From an uncultured Desulfobacteraceae bacterium (GTDB lineage: Bacteria > Desulfobacterota > DSM-4660 > Desulfatiglandales > JALVMZ01): DNA of 43,598 bases. The position numbers were made by a program, and so were the translations under genes. The notes under the pieces were generated by a model. The model had not been told where the DNA came from and made no database searches. It saw only the letters and a list, made by a program, of their open reading frames with translations. Within the stretch, counting starts at the first letter, position 1. The number at the start of each line of letters is the position of its first letter. Location: the NCBI GenBank assembly GCA_964440775.1, contig CAYTXJ010000002.1, forward strand, positions 1 through 43,598, given 5' to 3'. Positions 1-8,733 of the stretch are shown piece after piece.

Positions 1-61
1 TCGCAATGACAGATTCCATTTACAGCTTTTTTCTGAGAGCTTTGAAAAATTCAAAATTCTT
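1..61 (-). repeat. Structured intergenic repeat, copy 1. It is cut by the window edge and the right arm of its terminal palindrome is degenerate.
   Basis: tcgcaatgacagattccatttacagcttttttctgagagctttgaaaaattcaaa is near-identical to 12990-13041 and to the reverse complement of 27992-28055, 32446-32510 and 43543-43598. Confidence 0.85.
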
Positions 62-98
62 CAATTACATAATCTCTTAAATTATGCAATTCCAAATT

Positions 99-1373
99 TT
101 ATCTTTGGAAAAGATCCCAGGACCTTAAAAGCTCAAATGCATATCTTATCTGGTTATCTCTTTTGATCATATCCTCTGCTTTTTTATCATAATATTGGGA
201 CTTTTTATTTATGTCTTTGGATCTCTTATCTTTCATAAAGTGCTCTTGCAGATCTTTTTCCCTAAATCTCTTATTACTTTTTCCTTCCTTTTTGGCAGGG
301 TTAATTAATCCCACAGTAATATCTGGCTCAATACCTGTTAGTTGGATTGACCTCCCTGAAGGTGTATAATACATTGCGGTTGTTAGCCTTAGCCCTGATC
401 CATCAGATAGGGGAAGGATAGTCTGAACAGTACCTTTTCCAAAGGTCTTAGTTCCAAGTATTATGGCCCTATGATTATCTTTAAGGGCTCCAGCAACAAT
501 TTCAGAGGCACTGGCACTTCCCTCATTTACTAATATTATAAGATGCTGACTGATATCATCCTTTTCACTATGTGCCTTAAATTCCATCTTATCAGAATCT
601 TTCCTACCCCTGGTTAATACAATTGTTCCTGAACTCAGGAATATATCTGCCACCTTTACAGCCTGTGACAATAGTCCCCCAGGGTTATTCCTGAGATCCA
701 AAATTAATCCTTTTAGGTCACCATTTTGTTTTAACTTTTTAAGCTCTCTTTTAAGATCTTTGTAGGTGGTCCCCTGAAAGCTGGATATCCTTATATATCC
801 AATCTCCTTATTTATAGGATGAGCCCATACACTTCTTAAAGGAATCACATCCCTTTTTATTTCAAATTCCAGTGGCTTTTCTTCATCTTTCCTGATTATT
901 GTAAGTCTAACTTTTGTTCCCCTTCTTCCTCTAATCCTCTTTACTGCATCCATAAGAGTCATATCATGGGTTGATACACCATCTATCTTGATTATCCTAT
1001 CTCCTGCCTTAAGACCTGCCTTATAGGCTGGAGTTCCCTCAATGGGTGAGACAACCGTCAATACATTATCCCTTATGGTTATTTCAATTCCTATTCCCGT
1101 AAAAGAGCCTTTAGTCTCTATGAGTAGTTCTTCATGCTCCTCTTTGGTAAGATATGAGGAGTGGGGATCCAATTCTTTGACCATTCCTTTAATAGCATTC
1201 TGAATCAGCTTATGGGGGTCCTGGGGAGTTACATAATTTTTTTCTATATATCTTAATACCTCTGAAAATATCTCTAAACTCTTATATAACTGCTCATCAT
1301 TATCAGTAGCATGAATGGTTATGCAATTAAAAAATAAGAACAAAAACAGAATTAATATTATCTTTTTTTTCAT
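99..1373 (-). CDS. ctpA: S41-family C-terminal processing peptidase (PDZ domain plus Ser/Lys catalytic domain) with an N-terminal signal/anchor
   Basis: Motifs GIGIEI...VVSPIEGTPAYKAGLKAGDRIIKIDG (PDZ), LDLRNNPGG, NEGSASASEI and TFGKGTVQ. I chose the start at ATG 1373 (MKKKIILILFLFLFF), which has GGAG 7 nt upstream, rather than the longer ORF to 1406. Confidence 0.9.
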   Translation of the reverse strand: MKKKIILILFLFLFFNCITIHATDNDEQLYKSLEIFSEVLRYIEKNYVTPQDPHKLIQNAIKGMVKELDPHSSYLTKEEHEELLIETKGSFTGIGIEITIRDNVLTVVSPIEGTPAYKAGLKAGDRIIKIDGVSTHDMTLMDAVKRIRGRRGTKVRLTIIRKDEEKPLEFEIKRDVIPLRSVWAHPINKEIGYIRISSFQGTTYKDLKRELKKLKQNGDLKGLILDLRNNPGGLLSQAVKVADIFLSSGTIVLTRGRKDSDKMEFKAHSEKDDISQHLIILVNEGSASASEIVAGALKDNHRAIILGTKTFGKGTVQTILPLSDGSGLRLTTAMYYTPSGRSIQLTGIEPDITVGLINPAKKEGKSNKRFREKDLQEHFMKDKRSKDINKKSQYYDKKAEDMIKRDNQIRYAFELLRSWDLFQR

Positions 1374-1521
1374 ATCAGACTCCAAAAAAATTTTAATATC
1401 TATCAATAATTATCAATTAGTCGCAAGAACCTGGCCTTGGCAAGATTAAAATCATATAAGGTATTATAGTAATTAAATCTTGCCTGGGTCAATAGGGTCT
1501 GAGCATCCAAGACAAATTTCC

Positions 1522-1755
1522 TTATCGGATTTTCCACAATTCTTTTAATTGATCCAACCTCTTTTCCAGCTCATCTATATATGAGTTATCACTATCTTTA
1601 GATCTTAATATCTTTTCTTTCTCATCCCTTAGCCACCTTACCTCCTTTTTAATCTTTCTCAACATATTAAGTGCCTCCAACTCCTCTTCTGTAGGAATCT
1701 TTAAGATGCCACATTGTCTCTTAAATTCTTCTTCTTTATTATTCATACAGTCCAT
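1522..1755 (-). CDS. Small hypothetical coiled-coil protein (77 aa)
   Basis: Intact ORF, charged heptad-like sequence, no recognisable family. Divergent from the Rrf2 gene. Confidence 0.4.
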   Translation of the reverse strand: MDCMNNKEEEFKRQCGILKIPTEEELEALNMLRKIKKEVRWLRDEKEKILRSKDSDNSYIDELEKRLDQLKELWKIR

Positions 1756-1776
1756 CTTAAAGTCCTTATTTTAATG

Positions 1777-1806
1777 TTGACTTAAATTATATTTCAATAA
1801 TATATT
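1777..1806 (+). promoter_or_regulatory. Candidate sigma70-type promoter for the Rrf2-MBL operon
   Basis: TTGACT (1777-1782), an 18 nt spacer, then TATATT (1801-1806), about 50 nt upstream of ATG 1855. AT-rich background makes chance matches likely. Confidence 0.35.
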
Positions 1807-1854
1807 ATAAATTATAGGATAATTGAAATGGCTGTGTGGAGATAGATATAAAAG

Positions 1855-2265
1855 ATGAGGCTATCTACAAGAGGACGCTATGGCACAAGGCTGATGTTGG
1901 AGCTTGCAAGAAATTATGGAAAAGGCCCTATTAGTATGTCTTTTATATCAAAGAGTCAAAATATTCCTATTAAATATCTTGAACAATTAATTATACCTTT
2001 AAAAAAGGCCAGGCTTATAAAAAGCATAAGGGGGCCTAAAGGGGGGCATATGTTAACAAAGCCTCCTGGATCAATAAGTATCTGGGAAATACTGGAACTT
2101 TTGGAGTCAAAATACTTTCTTGTGGACTGTCTAAAAGATGATAAGGTGTGTGAATTTTCAGATAGGTGTGTGGTCCGTCCCATCTGGAGTAAGGCATATT
2201 ACAAGATAAGAGAGGTGTTTAAAAAGACTTCTCTTCAAGATATCTTGGAATCATCACCCATATGA
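1855..2265 (+). CDS. Rrf2-family transcriptional regulator (IscR/NsrR-like) with three Cys as putative Fe-S ligands
   Basis: N-terminus MRLSTRGRYGTRLMLELA and wHTH IPIKYLEQLIIPLKKARLIKSIRGPKGGHML. Cys triad VDC-x6-C-x5-C. Confidence 0.9.
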   Translation: MRLSTRGRYGTRLMLELARNYGKGPISMSFISKSQNIPIKYLEQLIIPLKKARLIKSIRGPKGGHMLTKPPGSISIWEILELLESKYFLVDCLKDDKVCEFSDRCVVRPIWSKAYYKIREVFKKTSLQDILESSPI

Positions 2266-2918
2266 TAAAAATTAAAGACAATATATATGCCTTTATATGG
2301 GATAATCCTACCATAAATAATTGTAACACCTATTTTATAGATGGAAGAAAGAAGATTATTATAGATCCAGGGCACTATCATCTCTTTGGCCATGTAAAGG
2401 AAGGGCTAAAAGATATGGGCCGATCCATAGATGATATTGATATGGTTATTATCACCCATGCCCATCCAGACCATATGGAAGGGATTAAACATTTCAAAGA
2501 TAAATTGATATCAATCCATAGGGATGAGATAAAATTTTTAACTGATATTAACCCCCAGTATAGAAATCTCGTGGGCTTAGATGAGGTATATGTCCCCATA
2601 TTACTTCAAGAGGGAGAGCTGTTTGTAGGTGGAGATAATTTTACAATAGTTCATACCCCAGGCCACACTCCAGGCTCTATCTGCATCTATATGAAAGATT
2701 ATGGAGTACTTTTTACTGGCGATTTGATATTTTACAGAGGCATTGGCAGGACCGATCTCCCTGGAGGAGACCCTGAATTATTGAAAAAAAGTATAAATAG
2801 ATTATCTGAATTAGAGGTAGAATATCATCTACCAGGTCATGGGGATATCATTTCAGGCAGATATAATATCCTTAATAACCTAAATGAAGTTAGAAGTCTC
2901 TGGTTTCCTTATCTGTAA
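2262..2918 (+). CDS. MBL-fold metallo-hydrolase (glyoxalase II-like)
   Basis: ITHAHPDH metal motif, HTPGHTPGS, GDLIF...GRTD, LPGHG. ATGA start/stop overlap with the Rrf2 gene. Confidence 0.9.
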   Translation: MIKIKDNIYAFIWDNPTINNCNTYFIDGRKKIIIDPGHYHLFGHVKEGLKDMGRSIDDIDMVIITHAHPDHMEGIKHFKDKLISIHRDEIKFLTDINPQYRNLVGLDEVYVPILLQEGELFVGGDNFTIVHTPGHTPGSICIYMKDYGVLFTGDLIFYRGIGRTDLPGGDPELLKKSINRLSELEVEYHLPGHGDIISGRYNILNNLNEVRSLWFPYL

Positions 2919-3423
2919 TATTCAAAATCTCTTTTAATCTATGATGGATCTCCTCTTCTTTTTGTTTCAAAAATCTTAACCATTTAGGATCTTCTTCTAT
3001 ATTAGGTATTAAGGCTGATCCATAAATCTCTTTATCCTTTAGCTCATCCAGTCTTTCCTTAATTAACTGCCTCTCTTTTTCTTTAAGCTCTAAATTTAGC
3101 TCATCTAATATGGAGGATATATCTATATTTAAGATCTCTTTCAGGATATCTATGATAATCAGGTTCTTACCTCTTATATCAAAATTTTGGATTATCTCCT
3201 CCTTTAATATCTCTTTTACTTGCCCATAAGAAACACCATCAATACCGTGAAGTTCCTCTTTAAATCTCTCTAATTTTAAATCGTTATTTAAGCATCTTTT
3301 TAAAAGACGACTAATCTTTCCCCTTATATCTCTCTTTTTTATCATATCCCTTTCATCTTTACTTATTTCAAAACTCTTCATCTTTTCTAAGATGATATCC
3401 AGAGTGCTCTTTATCTCTGTCAT
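2890..3423 (-). CDS. Hypothetical coiled-coil protein (177 aa)
   Basis: Long intact ORF with AAGGAG 6-7 nt upstream of the ATG. No family recognised. Its 3' end overlaps the convergent MBL gene by 29 nt. Confidence 0.5.
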   Translation of the reverse strand: MTEIKSTLDIILEKMKSFEISKDERDMIKKRDIRGKISRLLKRCLNNDLKLERFKEELHGIDGVSYGQVKEILKEEIIQNFDIRGKNLIIIDILKEILNIDISSILDELNLELKEKERQLIKERLDELKDKEIYGSALIPNIEEDPKWLRFLKQKEEEIHHRLKEILNITDKETRDF

Positions 3424-3437
3424 ATCTTCTCCTTAGA

Positions 3438-3571
3438 GAGAGCTTTGCATAATCCCTTTTTACACGGGGGGTTACACATCCCCGGGACGAAGACCAGACC
3501 CCCAAAAATTAACTTTAAATAACCCATAATTACAGCTTTTTTCTGAGAGCTTTGAATTTTTCAAAGCTCTC
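3438..3571 (-). repeat. Structured intergenic repeat, copy 2 (internally deleted variant)
   Basis: Left terminus gagagctttgcataatccctttttacac..ggggttacacatcccc..gaccagaccc. Right terminus tacagcttttttctgagagctttgaatttttcaaagctctc (27-nt palindrome at 3545-3571). Confidence 0.85.
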
Positions 3572-3572
3572 C

Positions 3573-4661
3573 TTAGAGTAAAAGCTGCATTATCTTGTCA
3601 TGCAGATATGGTCTAAAATATCTAATTTTAATATTATTCCTACTTGGGTGAATCCTATTTGTAAAGAATATTATTATGATCTCCCTTTTAAGATCCATCC
3701 AAAAAGACACTCCCGTATATCCCAGGTGTCCTACCGAATAGTGTGAAAAAAATTTACCTGCAGAGGAATTTACAGAGGATGGTGTATCAAAGCCCAATGC
3801 CCAAGTATTTTTTAATATTATCTCTTGCCTTGCAAAAAATTCATTAACTATATGTCTTTTAAATAGGCCACCCTTTTTGCCATTATATGAGCATAATAAG
3901 GCATTCAGTATCTTAAATATATCGAATGCATTGCTGAATAGGCCTGCATGTCCAGAATATCCTCCTACAGAGAATGCATTTTCATCATGAGTCTGACCAT
4001 GTATAAGTCTCTTTCTCCAAGTGCAGATTTCAGTTGCAGCAATTGTATTTAGATCTCTATTATTTTCCCTATCATATATATAAGTGTCTTTCAGTTTTAA
4101 AGGCGCTATCACATATTCTAAAAATAGTCTATCTAATGTCTTATTGGTTACCTCTTCTATAATCCATTCTAAGAGAATAAAACCTATATCGCTGTATAGA
4201 AAGGAACACATTGGGGAATACTTGAGAGGCCTATAGAGTATCCATCTTCTTAGGAGAGGTTTTCTGATCTTCAAGGTAAATCCACTGAGTATCCTATAAA
4301 AAGGATACCAGCTATCGATACCAGAGCAGTGATTTAATAATGATCTTATAGTTATCTTCTTTTTATCATAAAGCCTATATTTGGAAATGTATTTGGATAT
4401 AGGTGAGTCAAGGTCAATTATGTCTTTCTCATATAGTTTCATAATACATAATGTAGTGGCTATGGGTTTAGTGAGGGATGCAAGATCAAAGATGGTATCT
4501 CTATGCATCGGTTGAGGTCTGGGTATAAGGGTGGAAAGACCCTTTGCATTCCAAAACAGGATATTATCTGCTTTTGCCACTAATAATACACACCCTGGAA
4601 AAACTCCAACAGATATTCCTTCCTCTAATAACCCATCAAAGGAGCCTTTCAGATCCTTCAT
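3573..4661 (-). CDS. Beta-lactamase-family serine hydrolase (PBP/esterase-like) with no obvious signal peptide
   Basis: S-x-x-K motif in FDLASLTKPIATT, YSD (Y-x-N position) and HLGYTGVSFW (KTG-equivalent box). The start lies 3 nt after the fliW stop. Confidence 0.8.
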   Translation of the reverse strand: MKDLKGSFDGLLEEGISVGVFPGCVLLVAKADNILFWNAKGLSTLIPRPQPMHRDTIFDLASLTKPIATTLCIMKLYEKDIIDLDSPISKYISKYRLYDKKKITIRSLLNHCSGIDSWYPFYRILSGFTLKIRKPLLRRWILYRPLKYSPMCSFLYSDIGFILLEWIIEEVTNKTLDRLFLEYVIAPLKLKDTYIYDRENNRDLNTIAATEICTWRKRLIHGQTHDENAFSVGGYSGHAGLFSNAFDIFKILNALLCSYNGKKGGLFKRHIVNEFFARQEIILKNTWALGFDTPSSVNSSAGKFFSHYSVGHLGYTGVSFWMDLKREIIIIFFTNRIHPSRNNIKIRYFRPYLHDKIMQLLL

Positions 4662-4664
4662 AAA

Positions 4665-5105
4665 TCAATCTTTTGAATCTTTAAATACAGGATGTCTGTG
4701 GGAATAGGGGGTATTGACTAAGATTGCCTGGATAGCCTCTCTTTTTTCAGTATTAATAATAAGTGGACCCATAAGGTTTACGGTCATATCCTTAGGTCTT
4801 CCTTTAGGGATATTAACAATGACATATACCTCTATATTCTCTCTATTGATGGAATCCCATTTCATCTCTTTGATAATACCATTGAGATCAATATTATAAT
4901 CAGGGAAAAATATATAAGGGTTGGTGATGACAAATGCAAGAGATGGCTCATCCACAGATTGATACCAATAAAATGGGGAATCTTCTTTATGTCTTAAAAT
5001 TACAAAATCCTTTCTCTCAGGGAATCCAGGTATCCCATAGGGCATATGTATAATCTTTTTTTCGTCAATATCTATTTGGCCAAATCTGGTTGTTTCAATC
5101 TTCAA
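4665..5105 (-). CDS. fliW: Flagellar assembly factor FliW (CsrA antagonist)
   Basis: MKIETTRFGQIDIDEKKIIHMPYGIPGF...FVIL...PFYWYQS...AFVITNP..NLMGPLIIN is a typical FliW pattern. Adjacent to csrA. Confidence 0.9.
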   Translation of the reverse strand: MKIETTRFGQIDIDEKKIIHMPYGIPGFPERKDFVILRHKEDSPFYWYQSVDEPSLAFVITNPYIFFPDYNIDLNGIIKEMKWDSINRENIEVYVIVNIPKGRPKDMTVNLMGPLIINTEKREAIQAILVNTPYSHRHPVFKDSKD

Positions 5106-5112
5106 ATCTCAA

Positions 5113-5346
5113 TCACTCCTTTTTAATAAAACTATTATACAAACTATCAAGATCTTTCCCGCTAACATTTAATGCATCAAAGTTTTCAGATCTAACCCTT
5201 TCATATAACTCCTCTCTTAATATGGGAATCTCCTTTGGAGCATCAATACCTATCTTAACCTGAGAGGCTTTTATCTCTATAACCCTGATAGAGATATGAT
5301 CTCCAATATGTATCTTTTCACCTACCTTCCTGGTCAAGACTAACAT
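5113..5346 (-). CDS. csrA: Carbon storage regulator CsrA (flagellar type)
   Basis: [47 protein letters not shown]. Confidence 0.95.
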   Translation of the reverse strand: MLVLTRKVGEKIHIGDHISIRVIEIKASQVKIGIDAPKEIPILREELYERVRSENFDALNVSGKDLDSLYNSFIKKE

Positions 5347-5368
5347 ACGCCTTCCCTGGCCAAGATAT

Positions 5369-6235
5369 CTATCTAATGTAATCCAATAGGGTCAATTTCA
5401 TGATCTTGGACGATGAGGCAAGGGCAGCCTTATAGGCTAATTGAATATTTTCAAGATCAATAACCGCTTCTGCTATATCTGCATCTTCCAATTCAGAGAC
5501 CATCTTCTTATCTGTAAGCTCTAAATCATCCAAGATATTTTCCTTTGTTTCAATCCTAAGTGTCTTTGCTCCAACATCTGAGATCCACTTTGATATATTA
5601 TCAAATTCATTATTAAGATCTCCTATAGCCTGCTGAATGCCATCAATATCATTATTTTCAAGGGAATCTCTAAAATCCTTTAAGGTATTAAAGATGGTTC
5701 CAAAGACCTCCTGTCCATTATATCCTATCTGTATAGTTATGTCTTTTCCGGCACTGATTGTAAAGCCACTATTATTACCCCTATAATTTCCATCTTCATC
5801 AAAAGGGGCTGTATCTGTGTTCTGCCCAGAGAATATATATCTTCCATTAACATTTGAATTGGCTAATACAATAATCTCCTTTAAGATATTATCTACTACT
5901 TTAGCAGCAGATCTTCGCTCCTCCTGTCCAACTGTAGAGTTACTCATTTCAATGGCTATACCTTTTGCCTCAGTAAGTAGCTCTTGGACATTATTTAGGG
6001 CGGTTTCTGCTGCACTCAGCCAGGACTTTCCAAATGATAAATTCCTCTTTATCTGATCCATTTCATCTAATTTACTCTTTAGATGCAAACTCTTGGACAA
6101 TCCTACAGGATCGTCAGAGAGATCATTTATCCTCTTTCCTGAGGCAACTACTGTATTTAACTTTTGCATCCTTTCAGTAATATGTGAGATATTATATTTA
6201 ATCATCTGATAAATGGTTCTATAGGCTACTCTCAT
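5369..6235 (-). CDS. flgL: Flagellar hook-associated protein 3, FlgL
   Basis: Flagellin-like N- and C-terminal helices (MRVAYRTIY...; ...[23 protein letters not shown]). Located directly after flgK. Confidence 0.9.
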   Translation of the reverse strand: MRVAYRTIYQMIKYNISHITERMQKLNTVVASGKRINDLSDDPVGLSKSLHLKSKLDEMDQIKRNLSFGKSWLSAAETALNNVQELLTEAKGIAIEMSNSTVGQEERRSAAKVVDNILKEIIVLANSNVNGRYIFSGQNTDTAPFDEDGNYRGNNSGFTISAGKDITIQIGYNGQEVFGTIFNTLKDFRDSLENNDIDGIQQAIGDLNNEFDNISKWISDVGAKTLRIETKENILDDLELTDKKMVSELEDADIAEAVIDLENIQLAYKAALASSSKIMKLTLLDYIR

Positions 6236-6247
6236 CTAATCACCCCT

Positions 6248-8014
6248 CTATCTTATACTCATTAGGGTCTCTAACATCTCATCTGTTATGGATATAAGTT
6301 TTGCAGCCGCTGTATAGGACTGTTGATATTGTAAAAGGGTTGTCATCTCCTCATCTATTGAAACACCTGAGATACTATCCCTAATTTCAGTAAGCTTATT
6401 TACCAAGACCTCATTAAACTCTCTTCCATTCTTTATGCTCTTTGAAACTATACCAATAGAAGATATCAAAGAATGGTAATATTCTTCCAATCTGGAAAGG
6501 ACAGTGCCTTCAGTGACACCCTCTATTCTGTCACAATTCCATTGCGAAATCTCTATATCCTGATTCTTTAATTCAGAAAGCTCTATGGCATTGCTATTGT
6601 CTCCTGGGTATATATCTCCATCTGAATCAATCTTAGATGCGGCAATTAGGCTCTTATTCTCTCCTATATTTCCATTTATAGATATATTACCTGCAGTTGA
6701 TCCATTAAAAAAGGTGTTTATCCCTAAGGCAGCTAAGACATAACTTGAGTCATCCGAAAATCCAAAATTATACCCATTTTCTGCAACTATCTTAAGATAT
6801 CCGCCTTCGCTATCTACACTTATATCTGCACCAATGGAAGAGATCTGGGAATTCATATCATCTATAAGGTCATTAAGAGTGGTTGAAGAGGTATCAATAT
6901 TAAATGTTAAAGGGCCACCTCCTACCATATTCCCATTTTGATCATATATCCACATGGAAAATGAGCCATCAGTTATCTTATCATAATATGGAAGAGAAGA
7001 ATCTTCTGAGCCTAAGGGCGTATCTTCAGATGAAACGGCATAAGTGCCTTTAACCTCTGTAAAGGTTTCAATCCCTACCCCTTGACTGTGTTGTCTATTT
7101 ACATGCCAGATCAGTTCTTTGACAAGGGAATCTAAGTCCCTTTTATATTTTTCCAGTATCTCGTCTCTCATCTCAAGCCATCCGGCCATCTTGCCTTTTG
7201 TTATATAGTCTGTAATATCAACCTCTTGATCACCTGAACCTTCCCATCCAATCCTATCCCCATTTTCACCACACAGAGTAAGATTATAGTGACCGGTCCC
7301 CTGAACTAATGGACAACCTCTGGAGGTTATGATTGTCACTGAACCGTTTTCATGTTCAAATACTTTTATATTAATATAGTTAGAGAGTTCTGATATGAGC
7401 GCATCTCTCTTATCTTTTAAATCATTTGCGGAATAACCGCTCTTATAACTCACTATCTGAGAATTTAGATGTGAAATACTTTCTGTAAGTTCATTGATCT
7501 TCTCTATACCTGATTTGATGGCAGAGGTGAGATTATCCTGAAGCCACACAAGATCATCCTTGATAGATTTAAACTGCTCGCACATCAATATACCATGTTC
7601 ATATATGGCTATGCGTTCAGATGCACCAGATGGATTATTGGCTATGTCCTGCCAGAGGGTAAAAAATGTGGACATCATGGAGCTGATACTATTTTCAGAT
7701 GTCTCATTAAATATTCCCTCTAAGATCTTCATATAATTTTCCATCTCTTCAAGTGAATACATATTGGATTGCTGCTCCATCAGTCTCTTTTCAATAAACT
7801 GATCTTTTATCCTCCTTATCTCCTTTACATTAACTCCCCTTCCTAAGAAATTCCCTGCAAAAGGAGCTGGATCAATTGCCTCAAATACAGGCATCTGCCT
7901 TGAATAATTTGGATTATTTACATTAGAAAGATTATGAGCAGTTACATCAAGGCCATAACTGTTTGAAAAAAGGGCACTTTTTGCAATACTTAATGCAAGA
8001 CTTACTCCTGACAT
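6248..8014 (-). CDS. flgK: Flagellar hook-associated protein 1, FlgK
   Basis: N-terminus LSIAKSALFSNSYGLDVTAHNLSNVNNPNYSRQ and C-terminus EEMTTLLQYQQSYTAAAKLISITDEMLETLMSI. Confidence 0.95.
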   Translation of the reverse strand: MSGVSLALSIAKSALFSNSYGLDVTAHNLSNVNNPNYSRQMPVFEAIDPAPFAGNFLGRGVNVKEIRRIKDQFIEKRLMEQQSNMYSLEEMENYMKILEGIFNETSENSISSMMSTFFTLWQDIANNPSGASERIAIYEHGILMCEQFKSIKDDLVWLQDNLTSAIKSGIEKINELTESISHLNSQIVSYKSGYSANDLKDKRDALISELSNYINIKVFEHENGSVTIITSRGCPLVQGTGHYNLTLCGENGDRIGWEGSGDQEVDITDYITKGKMAGWLEMRDEILEKYKRDLDSLVKELIWHVNRQHSQGVGIETFTEVKGTYAVSSEDTPLGSEDSSLPYYDKITDGSFSMWIYDQNGNMVGGGPLTFNIDTSSTTLNDLIDDMNSQISSIGADISVDSEGGYLKIVAENGYNFGFSDDSSYVLAALGINTFFNGSTAGNISINGNIGENKSLIAASKIDSDGDIYPGDNSNAIELSELKNQDIEISQWNCDRIEGVTEGTVLSRLEEYYHSLISSIGIVSKSIKNGREFNEVLVNKLTEIRDSISGVSIDEEMTTLLQYQQSYTAAAKLISITDEMLETLMSIR

Positions 8015-8017
8015 GCC

Positions 8018-8437
8018 TTAGACCACCTTCTTTACCATATTACAATTTCTATCATATATGATCTCCTTATCTCCTCCAATACACAGTATAGATATAATAT
8101 TATCAATAAATTCCAATACATCTGTAATTAATTTGGAATTCTCTTTTCTCAAAATATCAATATCAATGCGAATAGCATTAATCTTATCTAATCTGGCTCT
8201 TATTAAAATATTCTCAAATTCTCTATTTATATGATGATCTTTAAACCTCCTAATATCATCTTCTATCTGTTCAATATTTGAACAGATTTCCTGTTTTCTA
8301 TCAGAGAGATTAAATAACCTATCAATATCTACTCTTATAAGGGCTTCTCTCTCTTCTTTTAATATATCGTAAAGTTCCAGGTATAGTTTATATTTTTTAT
8401 CTAAGAGATCTTTAAAGTCTCTTGCCTCTTCTATCAT
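8018..8437 (-). CDS. flgN: FlgN-like export chaperone for FlgK/FlgL
   Basis: Helical 139-aa protein with an FlgN-like N-terminus (LLDKKYKLYLELYDILKEEREALI), located immediately upstream of flgK. Confidence 0.6.
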   Translation of the reverse strand: MIEEARDFKDLLDKKYKLYLELYDILKEEREALIRVDIDRLFNLSDRKQEICSNIEQIEDDIRRFKDHHINREFENILIRARLDKINAIRIDIDILRKENSKLITDVLEFIDNIISILCIGGDKEIIYDRNCNMVKKVV

Positions 8438-8718
8438 CTTATAACTCCTTTTAAACTCTTATACAGAAGTTCTCCAATACCCATACCTCTGGATCTTGAT
8501 ATCAAAATGGATATCCTTTCATTAAATAGATATCTTATCATATCACTTCCGCTTTCATTTCCAAAAAAAGAGTGATCTTCCTTGTCTTTTTCTTGATTTA
8601 ATAGCTCTTTTATAAATAATGCCTCAAATTCTTTACATACCTCTTTTAGATCTTTGTGAGTCTTCAAACCCATATCTTCTATCAAAGGATTATCTAATTT
8701 TGAAATGGCCTTAATCAT
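8434..8718 (-). CDS. flgJ: Rod-binding protein (FlgJ N-terminal domain only, no muramidase domain)
   Basis: CKEFEALFIKELL ... GMGIGELLYKSL resembles the rod-binding domain pattern. Located directly after flgI. Confidence 0.7.
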   Translation of the reverse strand: MIKAISKLDNPLIEDMGLKTHKDLKEVCKEFEALFIKELLNQEKDKEDHSFFGNESGSDMIRYLFNERISILISRSRGMGIGELLYKSLKGVIR

Positions 8719-8733
8719 TTTGCTCCTCCTCTT

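Noticed and set aside
1423-1436. Weak sigma54-like match upstream of ctpA (minus strand AGGCCAGGTTCTTGCG)
   Set aside because: The GG-N10-GC spacing is present, but both the -24 (GGCCAG) and -12 (CTTGCG) boxes deviate from the TGGCA(C/T)...TTGCT form shared by the five strong sites. It is probably a chance match.
3545-3571. The 27-nt palindrome as a canonical Rho-independent terminator for the upstream minus-strand genes
   Set aside because: In copies 1-3 the minus-strand RNA has the stem followed by an A-run (AGAAAAAAGC), not a U-tract. Only in copies 4 and 5 does a U6-7 run appear in the sense orientation, and there it precedes the palindrome, about 14 nt after the large nested hairpin. 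Terminator function is therefore possible but cannot be called from sequence alone.
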